A stretch of 24,139 nt of DNA, taken from Candidatus Moanibacter sp. Lineage in GTDB: Bacteria > Verrucomicrobiota > Verrucomicrobiia > Opitutales > UBA2987. Positions 9,367 through 19,889 of this stretch are shown piece after piece. The position numbers and the translations under genes were made by a program. A model generated the notes under the pieces. The model searched no databases, was not told the DNA's origin, and was given only the letters and a program-made list of their open reading frames with translations. The DNA is taken from positions 1 through 24,139 of the forward strand of contig CBDCEW010000046.1 in the NCBI GenBank assembly GCA_965215885.1. Reading direction: 5' to 3'. Position 1 is the first letter of the stretch, and the number at the start of each line of letters is the position of its first letter.

Positions 9367-10588
9367 CAGCCGAACCGGACTATCTATACTTTCCAGGCAA
9401 AACGCCGGATGATCTCTTTCTGGAGACACAGTACGCTCTCGAGCGAATTGAAGCGTTTTCAGCTTGGGAGTTCTCGACAGGATCCTCTCAAGTGGTAGTG
9501 GCGGTGATCGATTCCGGAATCGATCTCGATCATCCCGATTTGGTTGAGAGTCTGTGGACAAATCCAGGGGATTCGAGCTTCGATGGCCAGGACAACGATG
9601 GGAACGGCTTTATCGATGACATTAACGGATGGGACTTTCGGAGCAATGACAACACCCCCGAAGGAATGACGAATCACGGCACTCACGTCTCTGGAATCAT
9701 TGGGGCGAATGGAGACAACGGTGTCGGTGTTGCGGGAGTAAACTGGAGCATAGGCCTCATTTCGTTACGAGTGGGTAGTTCAGTTTTTCCCACCTCCAAC
9801 ATTATTGCGGCTCTCGAATATGTTAAGTTCCTCAAAGAAGAAAGAGGAATCCCAATCGTTGCCACGAACAATTCCTATGGTTCATCCTCGCTCAGCAGCG
9901 CCTTGCAGAGTGCCGTAGAAGCGCAGGAGGAGGCGGGGATTTTATTCGTGGCCGCAGCCGGTAATAATGGGAATGATAACGACCTCACTCCCCATTATCC
10001 GGCCGGCTTCGTATTCGATCATATTATCAGTGTTGCGGCTACTACGGGAGGAGACAATTTGGCCGACTTTTCCAATTTCGGCGGATCAACCGTCGATATG
10101 GCGGCGCCGGGCTCACAGGTACATTCAACCATCCTTGGCGCGCAGTACGGGTACATTAACGGAACTTCCATGGCTGCCCCTCAAGTGACTGGCGCCGTCG
10201 CCCTCTTGAAGGCTGCCGATCCTACGCTGGAGTGGGATGACCTCAAGCAGTTGATTCTGAGCAATGTCGATCAGCTAATGGGTTTGTCGGGAAAGACGGT
10301 AACCGGTGGACGTTTGAACCTGCTTCGCGCCATGGAAGCCGCGGTCGGGCTATCTCTGCCTGTATTGAGAATAGACTCACCCCTCTCTCGTGTGGTTCGA
10401 ACGGTCGAGGTCGGCTCGAACTTGCTCGTGGAGATCGAGATCACCGTTGACGGGCAGGTAATTGAAGACCTCAGCGGTACTCTACAGTGGGAAGTGTTTC
10501 CGACCAGCGCCGGAGTTCTGATTGAAGAGAGGGGTCCGACTGGCGCGATCCTGAACTTTCCTGCTGTAGATGATTACAGGGTTCAGGT

Positions 10589-11910
10589 CAGTACTGTCCG
10601 GTTATAAGTCAAACAACTCCAACTGTTTAGGAATGCGGTGTTCATTGAAAGTGTAATCGGTTTCTGTAAGTAGTTCAGTCATAGGAGTTTTCTCAAATAG
10701 GGTGAAGCTGAGAATCTGTAGGATTTTGTGCAAACTGATCTCCAGGCGAAGGCGTTTGCGGATGATGGCGATGAGCACATAGACGCTGACGGCAATCCAG
10801 ATTTGAGTCTTCACAGCATTCTCGGAGGTGCCGAAAAAGCTCTTGCTGCGCAAGTGTTGTTTGATCCATTTGAAGAACAATTCGATCTGCCAGCGTAAAC
10901 GGTAAATCTGGGTGATGATTATGGCTGGGAGGGCAAACTGGTTGGTGAGAAACACGAAGCGCTCGGAACTGTCGGGGTCGAGGTAAGTGATACGCCGGAG
11001 TCTTTCGGGGTAGGCCTTGGCAGGATAGAAGCTGACCAGGGCAACGGTCTGGTCCGAACGCAGACCGGTTGATTTGTCGACCTTTTGAGAGTAGAGGCGG
11101 CGAAACTGAAAGCCGCGGCGGGCGCGTGTGACGAAGAAAGAACCGCATTGTGCGATCCGATAGAGGCGCTCGTAATGCAGATAGGCTCGGTCCATTACAT
11201 AGTAAGCACCGGCCTCGGGGATGATGAGATCCAGAATGTTTACGTCGTGAACTTTTCCATCGGTAATCTCGATAAAATAAGGGATAGAGCCTCTGAGATC
11301 GAGAAGCGTATGGACCTTCACCGCCCCCTTGTGCTTGCGGAAACGTGCCCACGGGAGAGTGATAGACATAGATCGATCGTGGTGGAGTCCAGAGCGTAGA
11401 GCGTATTGTCCAGGTCGATGCCCAGATCCTCGTTTGAATACAAAGGACGAGCCATTGCGATGAGGACCTGTGCAAAGTCGGCGTAGATGCGCCAGTCTCG
11501 TTTCTCGTTGGCATCGGCGAGCGTGCTTTTGGATACTCCGCTTCGAATCCCTGCGTGGTATAGTTTTGGTTGTACTGCCCGCAGGCAGGTTTCGATGTCG
11601 CGCAGACTCTCCCGGTAGGTCAACTCGGCAAAACCCATGCAGAGAAATTGTTCGAAGCAACTGAACTTTTGAACTTTGTAGTCGCCTCCGTAGCGTTGGA
11701 CGCAATCGATGGAACTGATGGCGTCGGAAGATAATCTATGATTTGAGAAAAAACGAATCGCCCTGTATACATGATTTGGACCCTCGAAATTTTTGAGAGT
11801 CCACAAGGCTTTTTGCAACTTCAAGTCTGAACTACAGCAGAAATCATATGTACAATGTTGGTTAACAATCGATTAACCTGCGTTCCTAGAAAAACAACCG
11901 GACAGTAGTG
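10589..11910 (-). mobile_element. IS4-family insertion sequence, copy A (1322 bp)
   Basis: Inverted repeats cagtactgtccggtt / aaccggacagtagtg; 9-bp target duplication GGTTCAGGT at 10580-10588 and 11911-11919. Confidence 0.95.
10602..11772 (-). pseudogene. Frameshifted IS4-family DDE transposase
   Basis: Near-identical to 16610-17779 but with a 1-bp deletion near 11356 and single-base insertions near 11706 and 11724. Confidence 0.85.
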
Positions 11911-13781
11911 GGTTCAGGTGACTTATTTTGAGGACGGTTTCAGCCAGTCCGATGAGATTTATGGCAGAGTAGGGGATGGCGACATCCTCACGGACGGTCT
12001 CTCCGCGTTCTGGAAATTTGATGATGGCGGTGGCCTCACGGCAGTGGATTCCTCGGGATCGGGACGACACGGAACAGTTGAAGGTTCGACTTGGAGTAAC
12101 GGTATTATCGGGGGCGCCCTTGATTTCGACGGAGTTAATGACAAAGTATCATTTCCCAGCCCATCCCTTGCGTCATTCAGCCTCAGTGCATGGGTAAGCG
12201 CCGACAGCAAGGGAAACAGTGTATTGCCCAGGATAATTCATACGGACGAATTCATTCTCTATTGGGGCCGAAGGGATGGAGATCCGGATCCTCTGGAGCC
12301 CGACAATCGGACGGTGAAATTTGCAAGTGAGAGAGATGATGAAGAAGGAATCTGGAATTCAGCCAACAATGTCGTGGATGACGGGCCCTGGTATCATATA
12401 GCTGCTGCCTACGATGCCACTTCCGAATACAACGCACCGGTGATTTACGTCGATGGAGAGAGAGTGCCGACCGGTCCACAGATTGCGCCATCCGGTGATA
12501 GGTTCGTCGCAGCGGGCATTGGCTATATCGGTGACAATGGAGCTGATGAGAGGAATTGGGATGGCCTTATCGACGAAGTGCGGATTTATGATCGTCTGTT
12601 GAAGCCCTCAGAAGTCTTGGGTTTGGCCTCTCAACATGATTTAAACGAACTCCCGGTGGTGTCTGCTGGAGGTGACTCCTCGGCAGTGGTTGGGCTTCCT
12701 GTCAGCTTATCCGGTCAGGCGGACGATCCGGACAACTCTCCCGCTTCACTTTCCCTTATTTGGGAAACGGTATCAGGTCCCAATACGCCCCAGTTTTCAG
12801 ATCCAACGTCGTTGGTTTCGCAGGTCTCTTTCCCCGCTTCCGGAGACTACCGTCTTCGATTGCTCGCCTCGGATGGAGATGCCACAGCCTCCGCTGATGT
12901 CACTTTCACGGTAACCGAGGAGGCCGCAGTTCCGCAGATAGAGCTCACCGTTGATCGGGTCGTGGCTCTCAGGAATCCTAACGATCCGATTAAAGTATTG
13001 TTCACCGCCGATATCACTCCAACTTCCGATCTTGTGCTCACGGTAGGCCTTTCCGGCTCCGCTGCTTCCGGGGTGGACTTTGAACCCTTTCGCGCTTCTA
13101 TTGTCATCCCCGCTGGAGACGACCGGGTCGAGGAATCTTTCATCCCTCGTGCTGCTACCGATCCCGGCACTCCGGAGCTGTTGGCGCGCATAACTCTGCT
13201 ACCGGGTGAGGACTATGGGCAGGGTCAGGTTTCGGAAGTGGAGGTTAGTCTTCTCCCTTACCTCTGGGAAAACTGGCTCCTTCGATATCTCGGTGACAGT
13301 TCGATACCGTTTTCGGACGAATTGGTGTTAGCAGACCCGGACAATGACGGTGTTGCAAATTTCCTGGAGTATGCCCTGGGTGGCACTCCTTTGAACGATA
13401 GCGGCGCAATTACGGAAAATCCGCTACCCGAAGTCTTTCTCCTTACTCTCGATGATGAAGCCTATCTCGCGCTGAAGATGCACAGGATTGTCGGAACGGA
13501 GGGCGTCGTTTACAACGTCGAAGTATCCGATGGCCTTGAAGCGAACAATTGGTTGGGTGGCGGATCGCACACAGGGTTGTTCCAGATCGTTGATCAAGGC
13601 GATGGAACGGAGGAGGTCGTCTATCGGGATCTTACACCGATAAGCGCGTTCCTTCGCCGTTTTATCCGACTGCGGGTCGAATTTGAGTTGTCGAACTGAG
13701 TTTCTTATTGAAGACTCAGAATAGTCCTGCCGGCGAATAAGGTAGTCGACATGAACCGTTTAAAGGGGTCAAACTGGAAGA

Positions 13782-14162
13782 ATGAAAGACAAGATAACTC
13801 TCATCGCTAGAATCCTCTTTGGCCTTATTTTGATAGTATTCGGTCTAAACGGTTTCTTCCATTTTATGCCGAATCCGGAAGTGCCTGGAGAAGCAGGCGA
13901 ATTCCTGGGAGCACTGTTCGAGTCCGGCTACATCTTCCCGGTCATCAGTGCCGTTGAGCTGGTTGCAGGGATCGCTTTATTGGCCAATTGCTTCGCCGCG
14001 TTGGCATTGGTCATTTTCGCCCCGATTGCAGTGAATATCATCCTCTTTCACCTCTTTCTCGATCTGCCTGGAATCGGACCGGGGTTGGTGTTGTTCGCCC
14101 TCAACCTTTATCTCTTGTTCGCAAATAAGGCTAAATACGCCCGTATGTTGTCTGCGAGATAG
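13782..14162 (+). CDS. DoxX-family membrane protein
   Basis: ARILFGLILIVFGLNGF...ELVAG...PIAVNIILFH; four hydrophobic segments. Confidence 0.85.
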   Translation: MKDKITLIARILFGLILIVFGLNGFFHFMPNPEVPGEAGEFLGALFESGYIFPVISAVELVAGIALLANCFAALALVIFAPIAVNIILFHLFLDLPGIGPGLVLFALNLYLLFANKAKYARMLSAR

Positions 14163-14210
14163 AGGCTTTTCGAATAGCCTATAGATAGAGCCTTTTCGAA
14201 CAGGCTCTAG
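14160..14210. repeat. Two tandem related palindromes between convergent genes (MITE-end remnant or bidirectional terminator)
   Basis: tagaggcttttcgaatagcctata and tagagccttttcgaacaggctctag; the first begins at the DoxX TAG and the second ends in CTAG. Confidence 0.55.
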
Positions 14211-14235
14211 ACAAGCGGGTAGCAATCAAGAAAAC

Positions 14236-14472
14236 CTACAACGTGCTATGGGTGCCGTCGCAGTAGGGCTTGTTTCCGCTGTTCTTGCACCCGCACCAGG
14301 CGACCGTTTTCGCCTCTTCGATCTGTACTTCGATGGGCGAGAATTCTGTTCCCTGGTGCGTTCCGTCACAATACGGCTGGTTTTTCGACCCTCCGCATCT
14401 GCACCACCAGTAGGTGCCGGGTTCGACTTGTTCTACGAACGGGCTCTTTTGTGCAATGTTGGGTTCGGCCAT
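14236..14472 (-). CDS. CDGSH iron-sulfur (NEET-type) protein with two 2Fe-2S motifs
   Basis: WCRCGGSKNQPYCDGTH and WCGCKNSGNKPYCDGTH. Confidence 0.93.
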   Translation of the reverse strand: MAEPNIAQKSPFVEQVEPGTYWWCRCGGSKNQPYCDGTHQGTEFSPIEVQIEEAKTVAWCGCKNSGNKPYCDGTHSTL

Positions 14473-14559
14473 AATGATTCTTTTTAAACGATCAATTTAT
14501 GGGGGACAAGGAGAATCTTCAATTCCGATACTGGTTTCCGGTCGACTTTATACAGCGCA

Positions 14560-14651
14560 ATTCGGTGGCAACATCATCGAAAAGCTTCCGCTTTCCGTGG
14601 TGCTACTGTCGCTAGTTTCACTCTGCCGTACGGCAGAGTTTGATTCGGCTG
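14560..14651. repeat. Intergenic repeat modules X (14560-14595) and Y (14619-14651)
   Basis: X matches 19318-19353 at 35/36 bases. Y (palindrome ctctgccgtacggcagag plus tail) matches 19692-19724 at 32/33, with its core also at 16321-16336. Confidence 0.85.
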
Positions 14652-14685
14652 TGCGCTGCGTCGGGGGCCGGACTGATCTCTCATA

Positions 14686-15867
14686 TCACGGCCGCCGAAT
14701 TGCCAAACGGTTATGCTTCTTCAGTATCTTGCGGAGCCTGTCGTGAGGCAAAGCGATCACTCTGTGATTATCCCGCCCTGTCATCGTTTCCGCCGCGATA
14801 AGGGCGTTTATAATGGCCTCTTCCGTCGCTTGGACAGTGGCGGCAAAGAGGGGATCGATGGCGTCATTTGGGAGCATCTCAACGAGAATTTTCTCTTCAG
14901 ATACCGAATCCAGGGCAGGTGCGGTAGAAAATGCGATAAAGAGGTCGCCGGATCCATTCCCCGATTCGCTTCCCGTTCTTGCCAGACCGAGGGCTGCTCT
15001 TTTCGCCACCCGTTTTAATTGGTGCGGAAGAAGCGGCGCGTCGGTCGCGATAACGATAATGATGGATCCGGACTCTGCGCCACTCTCACCATCGGGTTTA
15101 TTCTTGAAAGTATGTTCTGAAATTTCTCGACCGACCGGGACTCCCGCTATCATCAGTTGATGGCGTACCCCGCAGTTGGCCTGCACCAGAGCCCCCACTG
15201 TATAAGATCCGTGCGCCGATCCCACTACGCGCGAGGATGTTCCAATGCCTCCTTTGAATTCGTAGCAAATCATTCCGGTGCCCCCGCCTACATTTCCTTC
15301 CTCTACAGGGCCGTCTCTCGCCCTTTCCAATGCCTGAAATACTTGCTCCTCTCGCACGTGAAAGCCGTTGATGTCGTTGAGACGACCATCCCAGGTCTCC
15401 GCCACAACGGGGAGAGACCACCAGTACCCGGTCGCGTCCGGACCACTTTGAATTGTGCGCCACTTGATGGCGGCGTGGTGCACTATCCCTACGCTGTGGG
15501 TATTCGTAATGAGGACCGGTCCCTCTAGAAAACCCGATTCCTCGATCCACGTTGAGCCGGTCATTTCGCCGTTGCCGTTAAGCGAGAACCAGCCCGCGAA
15601 GACGGCGCGGTGCAATGTCTCTTTCCCGAGAGGTAAGATTGCCGTCACTCCAGTTCGCACCGGTCCCACACCTACCTGCAGAGTTCCCTCTCCGAAAATG
15701 ATTGTGGTGTGTCCGACCGTGACACCGTCCACGTCGGTGATCGCGTTGTGGACTCCGGGCTGACCAGCGAAGGGAATGCCTAAATCTCGCGCGCGGGGCT
15801 TTCCTTCGGCATCGGCAATGGCCGACACCGCGCAAGTGAGAATGAGGAGAAGGATTCGGGTGTACAT
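14686..15867 (-). CDS. dmpA: P1-family peptidase (DmpA-like L-aminopeptidase/D-esterase), secreted
   Basis: PRARDLG, NAITDVDGVTVGH, RTGVTAI, NGNGEMTG, PVVAETWDG, EEGNVGGGTG, G|SIII autoprocessing site, NGSGD. A signal peptide follows ATG 15867. Confidence 0.9.
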   Translation of the reverse strand: MYTRILLLILTCAVSAIADAEGKPRARDLGIPFAGQPGVHNAITDVDGVTVGHTTIIFGEGTLQVGVGPVRTGVTAILPLGKETLHRAVFAGWFSLNGNGEMTGSTWIEESGFLEGPVLITNTHSVGIVHHAAIKWRTIQSGPDATGYWWSLPVVAETWDGRLNDINGFHVREEQVFQALERARDGPVEEGNVGGGTGMICYEFKGGIGTSSRVVGSAHGSYTVGALVQANCGVRHQLMIAGVPVGREISEHTFKNKPDGESGAESGSIIIVIATDAPLLPHQLKRVAKRAALGLARTGSESGNGSGDLFIAFSTAPALDSVSEEKILVEMLPNDAIDPLFAATVQATEEAIINALIAAETMTGRDNHRVIALPHDRLRKILKKHNRLAIRRP

Positions 15868-16087
15868 TTCTTTTAACTTGGAAATTCTCCATCCCGGAAT
15901 TCCGGGACTGGGTCTCTGATGTGAAACTTCAATGTCCATGCGGGTTTCCTGGCGATGTACTAACGTTTCTTGAAGGTGAAATCTTGTTTTCATATACAGT
16001 TAGATTTCTCGACAGAAGGATCACACGGAGACTATGAGATTAGAGTGCATATATCACTATCCGAGCGCTTTTATTCCAATTGCCATC

Positions 16088-16115
16088 CGTGGTACTGCGG
16101 AGCCATCCTTGGGCA
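16088..16115. repeat. Intergenic repeat module Z
   Basis: cgtggtactgcggagccatccKtgggca matches 19638-19665 at 27/28 bases. Confidence 0.8.
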
Positions 16116-16596
16116 TTTCTTTTCTTCTCTCATCCGCGCTATCCGCACTACAATCTGTCAACTTCTTGTCTTTTTGGTGTCGGCCCTAATGGCAAGCACC
16201 GCTCCACTATTCGTTGCTGTTCCTTAATTAGTTGCCATTTCTCTTCATTGCGAGGACGAGAACGAAATTAAAGAGCCTGTCCATCGGCAGAGTCCCAGTC
16301 AGCTCCGCATAGGGTTTCAATCTGCCGTACGGCAGGGCTGCGGTGAGTTTTCACTATTGTACTACTGATTTTGCCCAACATTATCACCCGCCCGCCTATA
16401 CCACACCCCGCCGGTATTGTTCCGGTAGACTTCCCTTCTGTTGTATCTCATGATATGGGGAGAAAAGGATGCGGCCGGAATCCACTCGTTGCGGGAGAAC
16501 CACCTGTCATCGTATCGTATCTCAGTATTTTTGTCCGGTCGATCGCGCATTCGGTTGCCCTCGATTATATGCGACTTCGAATTTTTCATTGAGAGC

Positions 16597-17915
16597 CAGT
16601 ACTGTCCGGTTATAAGTCAAACAACTCCAACTGTTTAGGAATGCGGTGTTCATTGAAAGTGTAATCGGTTTCTGTAAGTAGTTCAGTCATAGGAGTTTTC
16701 TCAAATAGGGTGAAGCTGAGAATCTGTAGGATTTTGTGCAAACTGATCTCCAGGCGAAGGCGTTTGCGGATGATGGCGATGAGCACATAGACGCTGACGG
16801 CAATCCAGATTTGAGTCTTCACAGCATTCTCGGAGGTGCCGAAAAAGCTCTTGATGCGCAAGTGCTGTTTGATCCATTTGAAGAACAATTCGATCTGCCA
16901 GCGTAAACGGTAAATCTGGGTGATGATTATGGCTGGGAGGGCAAACTGATTGGTGAGAAACACGAAGCGCTCGGAACTGTCGGGGTCGAGGTAAGTGATA
17001 CGCCGGAGTCTTTCGGGGTAGGCCTTGGCAGGATAGAAGCTGACCAGGGCAACGGTCTGGTCCGAACGCAGACCGGTTGATTTGTCGACCTTTTGAGAGT
17101 AGAGGCGGCGAAACTGAAAGCCGCGGCGGGCGCGTGTGACGAAGAAAGAACCGCATTGTGCGATCCGATAGAGGCGCTCGTAATGCAGATAGGCTCGGTC
17201 CATTACATAGTAAGCACCGGCCTCGGGGATGATGAGATCCAGAATGTTTACGTCGTGAACTTTTCCATCGGTAATCTCGATAAAATAAGGGATAGAGCCT
17301 CTGAGATCGAGAAGCGTATGGACCTTCACCGCCCCCTTGTGCTTGCGGAAACGTGCCCACGGGAAGAGTGATAGACATAGATCGATCGTGGTGGAGTCCA
17401 GAGCGTAGAGCGTATTGTCCAGGTCGATGCCCAGATCCTCGTTTGAATACAAAGGACGAGCCATTGCGATGAGGACCTGTGCAAAGTCGGCGTAGATGCG
17501 CCAGTCTCGTTTCTCGTTGGCATCGGCGAGCGTGCTTTTGGATACTCCGCTTCGAATCCCTGCGTGGTATAGTTTTGGTTGTACTGCCCGCAGGCAGGTT
17601 TCGATGTCGCGCAGACTCTCCCGGTAGGTCAACTCGGCAAAACCCATGCAGAGAAATTGTTCGAAGCAACTGAACTTTTGAACTTTGTAGTCGCCTCCGT
17701 AGCGTTGGACGCAACGATGGAACTGATGGCGCGGAAGATAATCTATGATTTGAGAAAAAACGAATCGACCTGTATACATGATTTGGACCCTCGAAATTTT
17801 TGAGAGTCCACAAGGCTTTTTGCAATTTCAAGTCGAAAACAGCAGAAATCATATGTAAAATGTTGGTTATCAATCGATTAACCTGCGTTCCTAGAAAAAC
17901 AACCGGACAGTAGTG
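16597..17915 (-). mobile_element. IS4-family insertion sequence, copy B (1319 bp)
   Basis: Same inverted repeats as copy A; 9-bp target duplication ATTGAGAGC at 16588-16596 and 17916-17924. Confidence 0.95.
16610..17779 (-). CDS. IS4-family DDE transposase (intact, 389 aa)
   Basis: ALDSTTI, VMDRAY, and the YREK signature YRLRWQIELFFKWIKQ; N-terminal ESLRDIE. Confidence 0.95.
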   Translation of the reverse strand: MYTGRFVFSQIIDYLPRHQFHRCVQRYGGDYKVQKFSCFEQFLCMGFAELTYRESLRDIETCLRAVQPKLYHAGIRSGVSKSTLADANEKRDWRIYADFAQVLIAMARPLYSNEDLGIDLDNTLYALDSTTIDLCLSLFPWARFRKHKGAVKVHTLLDLRGSIPYFIEITDGKVHDVNILDLIIPEAGAYYVMDRAYLHYERLYRIAQCGSFFVTRARRGFQFRRLYSQKVDKSTGLRSDQTVALVSFYPAKAYPERLRRITYLDPDSSERFVFLTNQFALPAIIITQIYRLRWQIELFFKWIKQHLRIKSFFGTSENAVKTQIWIAVSVYVLIAIIRKRLRLEISLHKILQILSFTLFEKTPMTELLTETDYTFNEHRIPKQLELFDL

Positions 17916-18554
17916 ATTGAGAGCATGTTATCAGTGAATGAGACATTGAGGAATTGGCATATCCTTGGAACTATCAATTCGGGATATAAGCAGAGCTCTT
18001 CGTAGCCGATTTGTAGACTCGTGACACGATTTTTTTGTAAAAATCGCTGAATCCGATTGTTGCCCAGGTACCACTCCCAAAAGTAATAGATGGCCCATCC
18101 CGAAAATCGTCTCTTTTTTTTCGCATTGTCCAGCTTTGATATACTGTAACCTCTTACGTCCCTGAGCAGGTGGATCACTTTGAGCCGGGGCTGTCTTACA
18201 CTCCGAGGCTTTAGAAAGCGCGAATGGTTCTTGCTCGATTCTACAGGAACAGTCTCGTCACCGAATACAGATCGGAATGAATCGAATATTGTCTCTAAAA
18301 TATCCGATGTATGTGGATCCCTGGCCCCATCCAGATTTGAAGCAACCACTCCCCAGAATACGCAGTTGCGGGCGTGCTCACCACACGTGCAGAGTCGGTC
18401 AAAGAGCGCCGAATCCGAACGGAGCGAGAGGTCTATTTCGCCAAGCCCAACAAACCGGGGATGTGTACCCAGAAGCAGACCGAAGAGGGTTGAACCGGAG
18501 TGGGAGAGGCTCAATATCGATACCACCTCGCTACTCTCTGATTGGGCGGAACTC

Positions 18555-19142
18555 TCAGAAATGGCTGATGGCATCTTCTGGAGCGTCAAGGACTAAGGGC
18601 AGGGATTGGAGGTTAAAAGCCAGCGACACCCTTTCCTTTTCGTTTTGGTGCTCTTCTACGGCGTGGTTGAGCTGGGAGGGAAAGAGGAGCATAACGCCCT
18701 CCCTCGGTGCATATTCTACATCATCGAGGTCTTTCTTCCTGAACACGATGTTGCCCGACTTCTCCGGAACTCTTAAATAATAGACCACTGAAACGCAGGC
18801 GGAAGCAGAATGATTGTGTAGACCGGTCGATTCTCCTTTCCCGGCAATGTTAAACCAGTATCGATCGGAATTGAAGCCGGTGCCACGATGGGGTATCGCT
18901 AAATCCTTTCCGAACACTTCCTTTCCCGCTTGAACGGCGGTACTGAGAATGGTTCGCGCCGATGGAATCGCCCGTAGTGGGATGTAGGTGTTTTCCCATC
19001 GACCCTTTATTCGATGCGAGAAGGTCCACTTGTCTCTTTTGGCGTAAACCTCCTTTAAAATCCGATCATTTTGAGCCCGATCGTAGCCTGTTTCAACGAT
19101 CGTGATTTCTGCGAAGCCCAAACGCCCTCTCTTTATTTTCAT
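18555..19142 (-). CDS. Putative 2OG-Fe(II) oxygenase (TIGR02466-like)
   Basis: HNH..SVVYYL.VP..SG...LLFPSQLNHAV...RVSLAFN. Confidence 0.8.
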   Translation of the reverse strand: MKIKRGRLGFAEITIVETGYDRAQNDRILKEVYAKRDKWTFSHRIKGRWENTYIPLRAIPSARTILSTAVQAGKEVFGKDLAIPHRGTGFNSDRYWFNIAGKGESTGLHNHSASACVSVVYYLRVPEKSGNIVFRKKDLDDVEYAPREGVMLLFPSQLNHAVEEHQNEKERVSLAFNLQSLPLVLDAPEDAISHF

Positions 19143-19317
19143 TCGAAGTCAACCAATCCTAGTAGCGAAGGTTTTCGGTAGGGGAAACATTATGGTAACC
19201 CTAATGGACTGATTATCCATACTCAAGCCGGTAACAGCGATGCGGGTGAATCCTTTTGCCAAACTGACCTGAATTTTCATCGTACATGCGGGTTGGCGGG
19301 CGGCTTATTTTGACTAG

Positions 19318-19724
19318 ATTCGGTGGCAACAGCATCGAAAAGCTTCCGCTTTCTGCTACACGCTTTGATTCGGGACGTAGTCCCGGCGTGCCGGGACGGG
19401 AGCATTTCGTTGAGCCACTTTCTCAAGTTGCACACCCGTTTGATCCGGCTAGCGAGATCGGGATGGGGCCGCAACGACTTTAAACTCTCTCCCTCCTCAT
19501 CGGTTGCTTTCCCTCTATCCGTTGCCGCACCTCCCCCTATCGTGCAATTTCGCGTCTTTGGCGGGCAAATCCCATCATTGGGGGTGAGATAAACTACCTG
19601 TCCCTAAATTCCTTCCTAAACCGGTTCCGATTGGATTCGTGGTACTGCGGAGCCATCCGTGGGCAAGAGTCAGACTCGCTGTGAGAAGTTGCACTCTGCC
19701 GTACGGCAGAGTTTGATCCGGCTG
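19318..19724. repeat. Mosaic intergenic repeat cluster: module X, gtcccggc-gccgggac palindrome, modules Z and Y
   Basis: Matches to 14560-14595, 2534-2553, 16088-16115 and 14619-14651. Confidence 0.75.
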
Positions 19725-19889
19725 CCCGGCGGGGGGCGCGCCTCACCTGCAATTAAGCGGCACTCTCTCGGGCGGCAACCCAATAGGCCCATGCAATCAG
19801 GATCAATTGAAGGGGCACCCGAATAAAGAGATAGATTGGCCCCCAGGCGTGTCCGCCCATAGGGATTCGATTGACCGCCGCGTAGATGT

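Larger units (their letters stand above)
8565..13699 (+). pseudogene. Large multidomain S8 (subtilisin-like) serine peptidase with LamG-like, PKD-like and Calx-beta-like domains, split by an IS4 insertion
   Basis: Catalytic triad VAVIDSG / NHGTHVSG / GTSMAAP in 8565-10607; LamG-like WYHIAAAY...YVDG...DGLIDEVRIY in 11918-13699. Removing the IS plus one target duplication fuses the halves in frame (DYRVQV-TYFEDG). The likely start is ATG 8649. Confidence 0.9.
16362..18589 (-). pseudogene. Sulfotransferase split by an IS4 insertion
   Basis: PAPS-binding SHSGSTL, CTCGE..C.FW, VESSK, HLLRDVRG, YEEL. Removing the IS plus one target duplication joins NMLS to MKNSKSHIIEGNRMR...DDRW (16362-16589) in frame. 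Confidence 0.88.

Noticed and set aside
11340..11730. Programmed frameshifting in the copy A transposase
   Set aside because: Multiple scattered indels relative to the intact copy B and no slippery site; decay or sequencing error fits better.
15868..15993. N-terminal extension of DmpA in the ORF track
   Set aside because: A signal peptide starts at ATG 15867 and the extension crosses an intergenic palindrome.
16701..17873. 390-aa alternative-frame ORF overlapping the transposase (also 10693-11514)
   Set aside because: No recognisable motifs and Arg/Ser/Pro-rich shadow composition; the DDE frame explains the region.
10589..17915. Composite transposon bounded by the two IS4 copies
   Set aside because: Each copy has its own 9-bp duplication and interrupts a different gene that rejoins in frame, so these are independent insertions.
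14560..19724. CRISPR array from the 28-36-bp repeats
   Set aside because: Copies are kilobases apart, not regularly spaced, and no cas genes are present.
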